IMG/VR virus record: IMGVR_UViG_3300030105_001581
Span: 1-60,113 of that record
Length of the DNA stretch: 60,113 nt
Reading direction: 5' to 3' (one strand)
Source of the DNA: a virus
Taxonomy: Duplodnaviria > Caudoviricetes
This document shows positions 24,735-35,437 of this stretch, piece by piece (within the stretch, counting starts at the first letter, position 1; each line of letters opens with the position of its first letter). The translations under genes and the position numbers were made by a program. The notes under the pieces were generated by a model, which made no database searches, was not told the origin of the DNA, and saw only the letters and a list, made by a program, of their open reading frames with translations.

Positions 24735-24951
24735 AAAGATTAAAGAATTAGAGTCCGAGGGATATTATGTACTAAAGCTTATCAAGACAAACAAGAATGG
24801 TATACCTGACTTGTTAGCGTTGCATCCTGATAGGGATATATTATTTTTAGAAGTGAAGACACGCAAGGGTCGAGTGTCTAAGCTCCAGGAGTATAGGATT
24901 AAAGAATTAAGAGAACATGGATTTAAAGCAGACATTTACCGAGGCACTTAA
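24709..24951 (+). CDS. VRR-NUC domain nuclease
   Basis: TEQQVQ, GIPDLL, FLEVK..KGRVSKLQEYRI..L...GF. Confidence 0.85.
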   Translation: MTEQQVQSKKIKELESEGYYVLKLIKTNKNGIPDLLALHPDRDILFLEVKTRKGRVSKLQEYRIKELREHGFKADIYRGT

Positions 24952-25252
24952 AGAAACTGAAGATGGTTTCTTATACACCTTCGACAGTAATTTTGTTTTA
25001 GACTTAATGAATTTAGATTTGTTTAAGTCTGTGCAGATTGTTATGCAAATTGAAAAGTTTGTAGACAATGCATATGTTACTGCACCAGATGAAACTTTTG
25101 AGATCTGCGGCGTAACCAAGGGAGAAAATCCTTTTTATTACTTGCTGTACATAGATAACACTAATCACATGATCTTTGAATTTTTAGAACAAATAGACTC
25201 AGACACCTATCTAGACTACTATAACAAAAATATGGTAATTGGTAAAGCTTAA
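24917..25252 (+). CDS. Acidic hypothetical protein
   Basis: 111 aa; IDSDTYLD. Confidence 0.6.
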   Translation: MDLKQTFTEALKETEDGFLYTFDSNFVLDLMNLDLFKSVQIVMQIEKFVDNAYVTAPDETFEICGVTKGENPFYYLLYIDNTNHMIFEFLEQIDSDTYLDYYNKNMVIGKA

Positions 25253-25277
25253 TGAAAAAATTTATAACTTAGAAGGC

Positions 25278-25472
25278 ATGAAACTTAATGTCTCTCCCGT
25301 TGAGAAAAAAAGAATACAGAACATTAATTTTGTTATGGCTGATCTTCACACCTCATTAAACAACATTTACGAATTACTTATGGATAAAGAATATGCTCCG
25401 CTACGAGGTGAAGTTAATTTGTTGTCCAAAAAACTTAAGAACGTAAGTGAATCAGTAACAGATGAAATTTAA
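25278..25472 (+). CDS. Hypothetical protein (probable ATG start 25278)
   Basis: RIQNINFVMADLHTSLNNIYELLMD. Confidence 0.6.
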   Translation: MKLNVSPVEKKRIQNINFVMADLHTSLNNIYELLMDKEYAPLRGEVNLLSKKLKNVSESVTDEI

Positions 25473-25548
25473 TCCAGACTGGGAATATATTGTAGCAGTA
25501 ATGTTCATGATTAGTATCATGTATCTTATATACCTTGTTATGCCCTAA
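25462..25548 (+). CDS. Hydrophobic micropeptide, 28 aa
   Basis: MKFNPDWEYIVAVMFMISIMYLIYLVMP; last + strand ORF before convergence. Confidence 0.4.
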   Translation: MKFNPDWEYIVAVMFMISIMYLIYLVMP

Positions 25549-25711
25549 TCTTTCTACGTCTTCTTCGCTGAGTTAATAGGCTAGGAGGCTTAGCCTTAGG
25601 ATGTATGCGCTTAGGCAATGTCCCAGAGACAGTCTCCTTCTCCCACTTCGCCGCTATCTCCGGTAGGTTCTTATGCATGTATGCTCGCTGTGCTTGACTT
25701 CTAAAGGGCAT
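25538..25711 (-). CDS. Basic small protein, 57 aa
   Basis: MPFRSQAQRAYMHKNLPEIAAKWEKETVSGTLPKRIHPKAKPPSLLTQRRRRRKIRA; 11 nt after the large virion gene. Confidence 0.7.
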   Translation of the reverse strand: MPFRSQAQRAYMHKNLPEIAAKWEKETVSGTLPKRIHPKAKPPSLLTQRRRRRKIRA

Positions 25712-25722
25712 ATTTAATTATT

Positions 25723-28700
25723 TTAATCATCTCTTCCGAATCCTTTTGATTTCTTTTTTCTTCCTGAACTTTTTCTTCTTCCAAAACCTCCCGACGTTTT
25801 CTTAGATTTAGGAGTGTAATTATAAAGCTCATCTTTCTGTTCTTGCTTTATTTTTCTTTGAGCTTTTTTAATTTCCTTTAAAGCTTTTCTTTCGTCATAG
25901 CCTTCTGATTCAGATCCATAAGTTCTTTCCCATAAATCAAGATCATATCTTTTCATGTCAGATTCGCTATCATATCCCTGGAGCATTTCTTTTTTAACTT
26001 TTCTTTTATCTTTTGATTGTTTCTTTGCTCTACTTAAATCTCCATATAGCTGATCTAAAACAATTTTTCTAATGTCTTTATATACAGGAACAAAGCCTAG
26101 GTTACCTAGTAGCTCTAGAGGTAATCGAACATAGTTCTCCATCTGTTGTCTTTCACGAGCTGATTCTGACTTTTTCTCTCCTTCAGTTAAAGCCTGGATC
26201 AACAAGTCAGACGTTCCAAGTATAGGTCCGTAAGGACCTGCTAATCTCTTAAGCAATGCACCTAAGTCAGTTCCTTTTCCTGACTCACTTTTAGGGATAA
26301 TAGTATACTGTAAAGCATCCTTGTATGGGTCATAATCTCCGTCTCTCAGAAACTCTAGCTGTGATTCATTAAACTCTTCAACACCTAAATTTATTATACT
26401 TTTAGTCGCATTACCAAAGTCTCTGCCAAAAAGCAAGGACGTAAAACTAGAAGCAAAAGCTTGACCTAACATTTTTTCTGGTGACTTCATACCGTCTTCA
26501 TCAGGAGTCAGATTAAAGTCATCATCATCATCATCAAACAATGATGTCATTCCTTCTGCTAACATTTGTCCTATCAAGGTGTAAAGAACCATCCTTGAAG
26601 TAACTCCTCCAATCAAAGCTGCACCTTGAGTCTTCGTCAACTCTCCCTTTCCTATTAAACTCATTACTCCTGTTCTCGCAGTTATATATTCAAATATTAA
26701 AAAACGAGTCATGAAATTATTAAAAGTATTAAAAGCTTTTAAAGCAAGACTTTGATTCGGTTTTGATGTTCCCTTCAGCATGCCCATAAATGCATTATCC
26801 GTTGCCCCTGCCATTACCGATCTTCTGTCTGCTAAATCTTTAGCTTCAGCCAAGAAATCTTTATTGGCTTCCATGTATGTCTGATCATTATCAGCTATCT
26901 TATCAAAATCAGGCTTTTTTCCTGCTAATTCTTTAAACCTATTTTCAAAAGCTCCAAACCACAGAGGCCTCATCACAGCTTTGTCAGGAGTAGATATAAG
27001 ATAATCGGCAGTAGTCTCCACACCTTTAACCCATTTTTGCCCACTTTTATCCCATACTTTCAACAAGAAATTTTCTGTTTTACTCACGGCCTTACCTCCG
27101 GTAGCTCCTGTGCGTTGACTTATAATAGAGGTGTCTATATACCTAGTATTTAAACCTTCTCCAAACAATCTAGTAGTTTGCTTACTGCTTAAATTATTTA
27201 AAATGCTTGCGCCTTGATCAGATATAACGCCGCTTAGCTTTGCTCCAGCTATGAATCCATTAGGATCGACCAATAGTGCAAAACTTATATTTGACGCAGA
27301 CTCTGCCACAAACCTTCCTCCACCTGCAAGTATAGATCGATAACCTGTTTTTTGTAAATAGTTTAAAATTGCATCAGCTATTGAACTTTCACCAAAACTA
27401 TTTATAAGTAAATTTTCTACTGCTTCATTATAAGCCGATTCAATTGCATTTAATATGTCTCTTTGTTTTGAAGGCATCCTATTATCAGGACCAGATTCCT
27501 TTAAATTTTTTCTAGCTTGATTTAATGTTTTTCTTCCTGTTCTTATAGGTTCTGTTAAATGATAATCCATTAGCACATACTTAGAACCTCTAGATGCAGA
27601 TGCATATACGTCAAAGTTTAATGCACTTACGTCTCCAGTTCTTTCTATTAAAGATTTGGCTTTTGTCGAAGGCATCAACGCATTGTTATACGCATCGATA
27701 ATAGACGCGTCACCCATAACAGAGCTAGCCTTGCTATCTGGGAGGACGTTTAAATGAACATAATTATTTAATGGATTAAACTCAACACCTCTAATTATTG
27801 TAGCTGTATAAGCAGCTTTCTCTGCGTTGTCTCTGTTTATTTTGTAGATAGCATCTATAGATTCTTTTTCGGCTTTATTAAATGATTCGTATAGACCATC
27901 AAGATTAAAGTTTCCTGATGTGCTAATTCCTATTAAGATATCTCCTGGTTTATCCGTATAAGTGCTTAATATTTCTTGAAGCATGTCCGCTTCTTGATCT
28001 CCGTATCTGGTATTGCCTTCATCTATAGCGGCAATTGTTGATTTTAAAAATCCTACCACTGAGTTAACCTGAGGATTACCAGGGTTACTTCTAAATTCAT
28101 TTTCAATCATATAAACCATCTGTTTATATGTAGACATTAAAAATTTATTAGAATCACTTCCTAATGATTTAAATACTTTATTTGATGCTTTCTCTATAGC
28201 GTTCTCCACAACTTTAAAATCAAACGTAAATGAAGCTAAAGCCTCTGCTGCTTGACCAAACAACGAATCAAAAATTGTTTTAGTCTTAAAATCACCAAAC
28301 ACGTTGTCAATATAAAACAATGGATTACGCCGTATCAATTCCTGTAATCCACCCTTTCTAGTGGAGTTTCTTTTTATAATCGATTTTATCCTAGAGTACA
28401 TACCACTAAACTTTAAAGGCTTAGCTTGTTGTATAGCATCCGATAGAGATTTACCAAAATTTATAGAGTTTAATTTTTCAGAATTAATCTGAGTTAAATG
28501 AGGGAGGTATCCATTATTAATATTATCAATTAAACGTAAAACATTTTCTAGCTCTTGAACTGATAATGTTTCTATTGCTGGAGAGTTAATTAATTCTTCA
28601 AATTTATTTGCTAAATTCTGCTCATCTCTACTGGGTAATTGAGATATTTTTAAAGCCTCAGAACTTTTTATTGCTTTAACTAATTTTTTTCTATCAACCT

Positions 28701-31700
28701 CTATTTCTGCTTTAGTTTTTGGAGCTTTAACAGCTTTAGGATTTATTTGTGATCTATATCTTTTCATCACCTGATACTCATCTTCTGTTATTTGACTTGC
28801 ATCAAGCATCTTTTTTATAGTAGCACTATAATCTAATTTACCTTTCTTATCTTTAACCTTAAGATTTGTGTCATTAAATCTTTCTGTTAAATCAATTACC
28901 ATTGAAAGATCTTCGTCTAATTGTTTTAAAACCTCTTCTGTTTGCTTAGTAACTTCTGTAATAGAATCTAACGTAAGAACTGCTTTCCCTTTGCTAAACA
29001 TTTCAACTAAAGAAATGTATTTTTTAAATACAGATTCGGGAATTAAAGAAGGGTTTACCGTAAACAATCTTTTTAATTGAGGAACTAACGCATCAGCCTT
29101 CCCTATTTTTACACCAGCATTCTTCTTAGCTTTTGCTTTTTTGCTTCTAGCCATAGCAACTTGACCAGCATATTCTTTATTAGCAAAAACTCTAGACATA
29201 TAATTTAAAAAACTGTCTCTTGATGCAGGACTAAACATGGTGACATTTGAAAATCTAGACATCACATCAGTCATTTGTTTAGTCGTAACCACTCCTTTTC
29301 TTACCAAAGCTCTCACTTCTTTAGCCAGAAGCTTACTAGCTTTTTTATATGCAGACTCTGGAGTGGCAGAGGTTCTTTGAATCTCTTCTAACACCTCTGA
29401 TGATTGTCTTTTCTGTTCATTAGTTATTTGCTGAAGATCAGAAATGTTTCCTAGTATTGTTTTAGAGGTGATGGGACCTCTTGTTGGGTCTATCCCAAGC
29501 ACAGTACTTATATTCCTAGGTGTTGCTTTTAGTCCAGTAAGTTTTTCAAACTTATTCTGTAGACTAACCAAACTAATACTGTCAAGAGATGTTCTTGAGG
29601 CTAATTTTAAATCCTCTGGTGTAGGGTAATTATTAACAAACTCTATTATTTCTTCTCTTGTAAACCCAAGAGCTCCATCCGCCACATTGATGCCTCCCTT
29701 TTCTTTTGTTCGTATCCATCTGCTGCTTACGGTTTCTTCCCACGGAAGACCCGTTGCTTCCTGCCAGCTTTCAGGTGTAAATGCAAGCCCTGATATTGCA
29801 AATAATCCTTGATCTTGAGTTTCTATTTTGTCAGCAGTATCTTTAGATTCTTTTAATCTATTTTTCTCAACCTTAATAGCTTCAGCAACTTCTCTTACGT
29901 TTTCGCTTTCATCAGCTATTAAATCAGTGGCTTGTTCTGGAGTAATTCCTTCTGAAAATTCAACCACTTTCCCTTGATCAACATCTATGAATGACTCTAA
30001 GTAAATTTTTTCAGCTTTTTTACGAGCTTGAATAGACACAGGCTTTCCTGTTTTTATATTTATTACAGACTTAATCTTACCATCATCGGTAAAATTAATC
30101 TGAATATTACTAGGTTTATTTTTATTACCCGGAACTATGTATGGACTATCGGGAGAAGGCGTAAAAGCAACAATGTCAATCTCCTCTACGACCTCTTTTG
30201 TTTCTGAAACATCAGATTTCTTTTCTTCAATACTTGGCTTAGCATCAGCAGTGATTTCTTGAACACTTGATGAAGCATCATTTACTTGGTTTTTATACTT
30301 AAGAGTTACTTGCGCGCTCCCCGAAACACCAAGCCCTTTAATTTTATTTTGTTCAATAGCACTTAAATCTCTTTTTACATCTGCTATGGCAGCGACATTA
30401 AACGGAGCAGTGGGCTCTTCCATTTTTCTAGTAGCTGCAATAAGAGTGGCTTCATCTGAGCTTGGATCTGCTAATGCTTTCTCAGCGGCTTCTGTCTCAT
30501 TTATTCTAATACCTTCGCTAGTTTTAATGGTTTTATTATTGACAAATTTATTGCGCTTGGTTTCATCTTCAATTTTATTTGCTAATACTTTATCTTCTTC
30601 GCTTAGTAATTCAAATCGCTCCTTATTGTAATCACGCCCAGGAGATTCCTCGGCAATGTTGCTATCTAAAACTTCAACGCTAGCGTCTACAGAAGGCTCT
30701 TGTAAAGCTTTCATTTGTTCCTTAAGCAATGCTGATTTTTGTTTTGCTGCTTCCGTTTTGTTTCCTTCCAGATCATTTAAAGATAACTGAAGATCTGTTA
30801 AAGCTTCTAGAGTAGTTTTGTTTAAGTCAGAATCTCCTTTTAATATGTCTCTCTGAGTACTAAGTCTAATCTTTTTATCCTGAAGTCTTCCGTCTCGTCC
30901 TTCGTAGTCATTAGTTATTTTAATTTTAGATGCTACCAACTGATCAAGAGTCATTGTTTCTATGAGCTCATCTATTTTTTCCGCTGTTACTTTTTCTCCG
31001 TTAACTTTATAAGAAGGAGCGCTAAATCTTGTAGATATAATATCCTTTACTCCACCAGGCATTTCCGCTAAACCTTCAAGAACTATTTCCGAAATATCCA
31101 TTTCTTGATCTGCTGCCAATCGACCCGCTACCTCTCCTACGGATCCCCCAAATCCTTCAACCACTCCTGCTGTAGCTACAGCGCCTGTAGTTCTAGCTTG
31201 ACTTGCTGCTCGAGCAGCTTGTTTACCGCCTTTGCTTAAAACTTTACCAGCTATTTTACCTCCAAGTTTACCGGTAAACGCATCTATAGCTCCTATGGTT
31301 AAACCACGGGCTACAGCTTTATTTCTAATGTCCGCAAACTTTTCGGGATCATTTAATAGTTCTGTAATTTTTTCTGAATCTAATTCTTCACCTTCAGCAG
31401 CTTCTGTTAATAGCTCTGAAAATGTAGATCCCATTTCTAATACTGACCCTGCAGCTGCAAAAGCATAAGGAAGGGCTGATGCTCCACCAGCAATTGCGCC
31501 AGGAAGAGCTCCTATTCCTCCAGCCGCGACTCCTCCTAATGCGCCAGTTGAAGCTCCTGTTCCTAGTGTTGCTGCAGCTGCGGCAAGTGAATCGGAATTA
31601 CTAGCCATAGCTGTCATTGAGCTAACAAAAAGTTCGGGGACAATAGTAAGTCCTGACTTTAAAAGACCTAACACAACTCCTTTAAATGATTTGCCATTTT

Positions 31701-32259
31701 CTTCGTATATTTTCATATACTCTTGCATCTCTTTAGATTGGCCGTAAGTTTGAGTTTTTTTATTAGATTCTATAAAGCTCTCAATGTCTTCTTGAGTAGC
31801 CATAGATCCGGATATCAATAGATCAGAAGCATTTTCAGCAGCTACTCCTTGATAGTATCCTGAGGCTACGCTTCGCGCCATATCGTCAGCAAAGTCTCCC
31901 ATCCCTAAAGGAACTACAAAATCTAAACCTCGCAGTACATCTCCAAATGTTCCTTGAAAATAATCTTTCTCTCCAGAAGTATCATAAATTGCTCCTGAGT
32001 CTGGCGAAACCAAAGAACCATCCGCCGATACGGAATCCATATTGATTTCGTTTTTTTGATCTTTTTTTTTTAAAGGATCAGCCCATGCATTTGAAAAGTC
32101 TTCTACAGTGCTTGATTCAAAAAGTCCGTCTTCTTTCCCTAAGTCAAATAGCTGTTGTTGTTGAGATACATTCGCCGCTTTAAAAGATTCAAAAGTGGTG
32201 GCTTCGGTAATAAGACCTTGTTCTAAGTAAAGATTATATAATTGTTTTATTTTATCCAT
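25723..32259 (-). CDS. Large internal virion/ejection protein
   Basis: 2178 aa, helical; Gly/Ala-rich amphipathic segments near N-terminus; last of three genes after the GNAT-like gene as in podovirus ejection modules. Confidence 0.7.
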   Translation of the reverse strand: MDKIKQLYNLYLEQGLITEATTFESFKAANVSQQQQLFDLGKEDGLFESSTVEDFSNAWADPLKKKDQKNEINMDSVSADGSLVSPDSGAIYDTSGEKDYFQGTFGDVLRGLDFVVPLGMGDFADDMARSVASGYYQGVAAENASDLLISGSMATQEDIESFIESNKKTQTYGQSKEMQEYMKIYEENGKSFKGVVLGLLKSGLTIVPELFVSSMTAMASNSDSLAAAAATLGTGASTGALGGVAAGGIGALPGAIAGGASALPYAFAAAGSVLEMGSTFSELLTEAAEGEELDSEKITELLNDPEKFADIRNKAVARGLTIGAIDAFTGKLGGKIAGKVLSKGGKQAARAASQARTTGAVATAGVVEGFGGSVGEVAGRLAADQEMDISEIVLEGLAEMPGGVKDIISTRFSAPSYKVNGEKVTAEKIDELIETMTLDQLVASKIKITNDYEGRDGRLQDKKIRLSTQRDILKGDSDLNKTTLEALTDLQLSLNDLEGNKTEAAKQKSALLKEQMKALQEPSVDASVEVLDSNIAEESPGRDYNKERFELLSEEDKVLANKIEDETKRNKFVNNKTIKTSEGIRINETEAAEKALADPSSDEATLIAATRKMEEPTAPFNVAAIADVKRDLSAIEQNKIKGLGVSGSAQVTLKYKNQVNDASSSVQEITADAKPSIEEKKSDVSETKEVVEEIDIVAFTPSPDSPYIVPGNKNKPSNIQINFTDDGKIKSVINIKTGKPVSIQARKKAEKIYLESFIDVDQGKVVEFSEGITPEQATDLIADESENVREVAEAIKVEKNRLKESKDTADKIETQDQGLFAISGLAFTPESWQEATGLPWEETVSSRWIRTKEKGGINVADGALGFTREEIIEFVNNYPTPEDLKLASRTSLDSISLVSLQNKFEKLTGLKATPRNISTVLGIDPTRGPITSKTILGNISDLQQITNEQKRQSSEVLEEIQRTSATPESAYKKASKLLAKEVRALVRKGVVTTKQMTDVMSRFSNVTMFSPASRDSFLNYMSRVFANKEYAGQVAMARSKKAKAKKNAGVKIGKADALVPQLKRLFTVNPSLIPESVFKKYISLVEMFSKGKAVLTLDSITEVTKQTEEVLKQLDEDLSMVIDLTERFNDTNLKVKDKKGKLDYSATIKKMLDASQITEDEYQVMKRYRSQINPKAVKAPKTKAEIEVDRKKLVKAIKSSEALKISQLPSRDEQNLANKFEELINSPAIETLSVQELENVLRLIDNINNGYLPHLTQINSEKLNSINFGKSLSDAIQQAKPLKFSGMYSRIKSIIKRNSTRKGGLQELIRRNPLFYIDNVFGDFKTKTIFDSLFGQAAEALASFTFDFKVVENAIEKASNKVFKSLGSDSNKFLMSTYKQMVYMIENEFRSNPGNPQVNSVVGFLKSTIAAIDEGNTRYGDQEADMLQEILSTYTDKPGDILIGISTSGNFNLDGLYESFNKAEKESIDAIYKINRDNAEKAAYTATIIRGVEFNPLNNYVHLNVLPDSKASSVMGDASIIDAYNNALMPSTKAKSLIERTGDVSALNFDVYASASRGSKYVLMDYHLTEPIRTGRKTLNQARKNLKESGPDNRMPSKQRDILNAIESAYNEAVENLLINSFGESSIADAILNYLQKTGYRSILAGGGRFVAESASNISFALLVDPNGFIAGAKLSGVISDQGASILNNLSSKQTTRLFGEGLNTRYIDTSIISQRTGATGGKAVSKTENFLLKVWDKSGQKWVKGVETTADYLISTPDKAVMRPLWFGAFENRFKELAGKKPDFDKIADNDQTYMEANKDFLAEAKDLADRRSVMAGATDNAFMGMLKGTSKPNQSLALKAFNTFNNFMTRFLIFEYITARTGVMSLIGKGELTKTQGAALIGGVTSRMVLYTLIGQMLAEGMTSLFDDDDDDFNLTPDEDGMKSPEKMLGQAFASSFTSLLFGRDFGNATKSIINLGVEEFNESQLEFLRDGDYDPYKDALQYTIIPKSESGKGTDLGALLKRLAGPYGPILGTSDLLIQALTEGEKKSESARERQQMENYVRLPLELLGNLGFVPVYKDIRKIVLDQLYGDLSRAKKQSKDKRKVKKEMLQGYDSESDMKRYDLDLWERTYGSESEGYDERKALKEIKKAQRKIKQEQKDELYNYTPKSKKTSGGFGRRKSSGRKKKSKGFGRDD

Positions 32260-34276
32260 CGTTTAGTATATTATCTCCCCGCTTCTTTCCTTTAGATGTG
32301 CTAGGGTCAACTTCAAAATTTAATTTTTCTTGTAATTTTAATTTTCCAATACCTAATTTAAGAAAGTCTTTTAATTTTTGTTTTTCCTTTCTGCTTCCGC
32401 TAATGGTAAAATTGTTTGTGTCAATAATTATTGTTTCATTAATCCCTGGGATACGCACTAATACTCTATTATTCAAGCCATCAGTGTCTTTGGCTATTAC
32501 TCCTATATCTTTAAATTGTTCATTTATGGCTTCTGCTAATTCTTCGTCTTGAAAATTACCTGCTTCAAAATAATTTAACTTCTCACTTTCGAGAATGTTG
32601 TCAAGATATTTATTAGTCGCTATATCAAATGTTTGTTGTTTAGGTGCTTCAGTAATATCTGCAGCTGAACCAGCTGATACATTAGATAATGTTTCGTTCA
32701 ACACAAATTGTCCATCGGAATTTTTAGCGTTTACTATCTTAGTAAATTCTCGTTTTTTAGCCTCATCCGAACCAATCAATAAGTTACCAGCAGAAAGAAT
32801 GAAATCTCTTTGATTTTTAATTTCAGGAATTAATTTCTGATTATCTGGTCCTTCGGGTTGGCTCTCATCAAAGTTTGTATTTTCTATCATGCTAAACCTT
32901 GTATTATCTGGTCCTTCAGCTATAGCCGGATTAAATTTTGGATTTTCTATTCCAAATACAACAGGTCTTTTGACAGTGGTTCCATTCTCGTCCGTATAAG
33001 TTACCGAAATCCCACCCGGTATTCTCTCTACTAAAGATACTGAAGGATTAATATCTCTAAAGTATTCCGTTGCCGCCTTAACATTAACCTGATCTCCTGA
33101 ATATAGGTCAGCCATGGTGCGCACTTGCACATTCATAGCGTCTGATTTTTCATTCTGTAAATCAGCAAGTTCTTGTCTTTTTAATCCAAGCATTGCGTTT
33201 TGATACTTAGTCATTAAGTTAGGGTTAACAGTCTCTTTAATATCTAGCTTAGCTTTAATTTGAGCCAATACTCCCTTATGAGCCACATCTTTTAACTCTT
33301 CATTAATTTGAGGCGTTTGTACGCCGTTAACTGTATTAACTAAAAAAGATTTTTCAGGCTTTTTATTAATAATTTCTCCGGTTTCTAAATTAGTAAACCC
33401 TGATCCATTTTCATTTTCAGCAATTGGAACATAGCCCAAAGTATCAAAAAGCATACTTCCGTAAGCTGCATTTGAACCAAAGGAAAGTTTAATCTGAGAC
33501 ATAATTGCATTACCGTCAGCAGTCAATTCTTTACCTTCAAACATTCTTCTATAGGAATCTTCTTTTGTTCCTACATTCCCTAACATATCGGCTGTTATAA
33601 GTACACCGGCTTCATCAGCCAAAATTTTCGCATTAGAATTTGATTGATATCTAAGATCATTTTGTTCAATAATTCGTTCAGCGGCTGAAATCCCCATTAT
33701 AGAATGAGCTTGATTTCCTATCATGACAGTACCGTCTCCTTTTTTATCTGTAACTACGGCTAGAAAAGATTCTCTTGTTTCTGGATCTACATAATACTTA
33801 GTATTGCCGGGATCAGCAAACCTTTCAACCATTTGTTTGTATACGGCATTTAGTCCTGAAGCTTGAATAATCCCATTTTCATCAGGCTTCAAAGAATCTA
33901 ACTGTTGTTGACGGGTATCTTGATATTTTTTTGAAAGTTGAAACATTCTTTCAGTCCCTCCTTGCGCGGTATTAATTCTGGAAGTATATTGTTGTAGCGT
34001 AAGATCTCCACTTTTAAGCATTGCCAAATCTTCTCTTGCCATTGCTTCTTGCTGCGCTGCATAGCTTGCTATATTTTCATTTTCTAATACATCTGGACCC
34101 TGAGGCTTGTTTGATATAGCTTCTAATCTTTCTACAGCAGCATCTTCTACGTCTTTTCTTTTATCGTCCCGCTCTCCTTTAACTCTAGATATCTCATCAG
34201 TAATTCCCTTAGTTACTGTTCCCCAGTCAACCTGGTCTTGACCCTCTCGAGACTTATACTTGTAATATGTAGCCAT
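32252..34276 (-). CDS. Internal virion/ejection protein
   Basis: 674 aa; QVDWG N-terminal motif; position in ejection module. Confidence 0.65.
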   Translation of the reverse strand: MATYYKYKSREGQDQVDWGTVTKGITDEISRVKGERDDKRKDVEDAAVERLEAISNKPQGPDVLENENIASYAAQQEAMAREDLAMLKSGDLTLQQYTSRINTAQGGTERMFQLSKKYQDTRQQQLDSLKPDENGIIQASGLNAVYKQMVERFADPGNTKYYVDPETRESFLAVVTDKKGDGTVMIGNQAHSIMGISAAERIIEQNDLRYQSNSNAKILADEAGVLITADMLGNVGTKEDSYRRMFEGKELTADGNAIMSQIKLSFGSNAAYGSMLFDTLGYVPIAENENGSGFTNLETGEIINKKPEKSFLVNTVNGVQTPQINEELKDVAHKGVLAQIKAKLDIKETVNPNLMTKYQNAMLGLKRQELADLQNEKSDAMNVQVRTMADLYSGDQVNVKAATEYFRDINPSVSLVERIPGGISVTYTDENGTTVKRPVVFGIENPKFNPAIAEGPDNTRFSMIENTNFDESQPEGPDNQKLIPEIKNQRDFILSAGNLLIGSDEAKKREFTKIVNAKNSDGQFVLNETLSNVSAGSAADITEAPKQQTFDIATNKYLDNILESEKLNYFEAGNFQDEELAEAINEQFKDIGVIAKDTDGLNNRVLVRIPGINETIIIDTNNFTISGSRKEKQKLKDFLKLGIGKLKLQEKLNFEVDPSTSKGKKRGDNILNDG

Positions 34277-34298
34277 TATTTATATGCTTTTATTATAA

Positions 34299-35003
34299 TC
34301 ATCCACCAAAACCTCCCATACCACCCATTGCTTCTTCTGTGTTTGCCGTTTGAGATGGGTCATCATCAGGTGAAAATATACTTGAATATAGATCGTTAAA
34401 TTTAGCTCCTACACTCGAAAGTAAACCTCCTAATTTAGTGTCTCCTAATTTTTTAGGATCTTTTAATTTTTTCTGAGAGCTCATTAGTCCTGTAACTGCA
34501 CTTCCTATTCCTTTAACTCCTGCAGTAATTGCATTGGCTCTATTAATACCAGCCTCTTTAGCAGCTATCTGAGCTCCTGCCGACTCTTCTAAATCTAATT
34601 TTATCCTTTCTTCGCCAAGGCGTGACTCTTCTTTAGCAACAGTCTGTTCTAGCTTTTCAAGACTATTAATCTGTCTGTTAGTAATATTTTGCTCGTTTTT
34701 TTGCATTCCCAGCATAACTTGTCCAGCGATTGCTCCAGCTCCACGTTCTCCTTCTTGACCTGCCTCCACTAGCCTCTCACCTACTCCCGCCAAAGAATCA
34801 CGCTCTTGCTGAAAAGACTTAAGGTTGATGTCTAGTCCTTCATAAAAGTTCTGTTCTAACTTATCTTTAGCTGCTTTTGCTGCTTTTTCAGCATCATCTT
34901 GCGCTTTTCTTTGTAGCTCCCCTTGCTTAGCAGCTTGAGAAAAGTTCTGTACTGCGCCTGCCACCGCTAGTCCTGTTGATACAATTGCTGTTACTGCTGC
35001 CAT
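34299..35003 (-). CDS. Internal virion protein (T7 gp14-like position)
   Basis: Hydrophobic Ala/Gly N-terminus then A/Q-rich coiled coil. Confidence 0.65.
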   Translation of the reverse strand: MAAVTAIVSTGLAVAGAVQNFSQAAKQGELQRKAQDDAEKAAKAAKDKLEQNFYEGLDINLKSFQQERDSLAGVGERLVEAGQEGERGAGAIAGQVMLGMQKNEQNITNRQINSLEKLEQTVAKEESRLGEERIKLDLEESAGAQIAAKEAGINRANAITAGVKGIGSAVTGLMSSQKKLKDPKKLGDTKLGGLLSSVGAKFNDLYSSIFSPDDDPSQTANTEEAMGGMGGFGG

Positions 35004-35004
35004 A

Positions 35005-35415
35005 TTATAATTTTTTTATCATTTCTTGTGAATAACTGTCTGCTGATATATATCCAAGGTCCTCATATGTTTTAATTAGACTTTTACTTTTAAGCAGTGC
35101 ATAGCAGAACTTGTTCCCGCTAGTCTTACATGTGTCTGTTAATGTTTTAATAAGCAAACTTAAAGCTTGTTGACGCTGTGGCTTTTTACTATAATTTCTA
35201 CTAGAAATAATCCAATCCACCCAGGCAACTTTTGAATTTGTCATATATACAAAACCTGCACATACAGGTATATCATTATCTAAAACCATTATACCTCCCT
35301 TACCATTGTCAGGCAGGAAGTCTTGCAGAGGTGGATTCCATTTCCAGTCTTTCCACCAGCCCACGAGTATTGCGTCGTAGTCTGTTTCTACTAATGGTCT
35401 TATGTTAAAACTCAT
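35005..35415 (-). CDS. GNAT-like protein (T7 gp13-like position)
   Basis: IRPLVETDY, PVCAGF, LIKTYEDLGY; TATCTTTG at 35423-35430. Confidence 0.6.
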   Translation of the reverse strand: MSFNIRPLVETDYDAILVGWWKDWKWNPPLQDFLPDNGKGGIMVLDNDIPVCAGFVYMTNSKVAWVDWIISSRNYSKKPQRQQALSLLIKTLTDTCKTSGNKFCYALLKSKSLIKTYEDLGYISADSYSQEMIKKL

Positions 35416-35437
35416 TTCTAAACAAAGATACTAATTT

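Noticed and set aside
25723-32259. Virion RNA polymerase as in crAss-like phages
   Set aside because: No convincing DxDxD catalytic motif in context; the poly-Asp run near 26520-26540 is low complexity; late genes use host-type promoters
34299-34330. GroEL-like GGM tail (MGGMGGFGG) on the 234-aa virion protein while GroEL lacks one
   Set aside because: Too short and low complexity to infer a functional link
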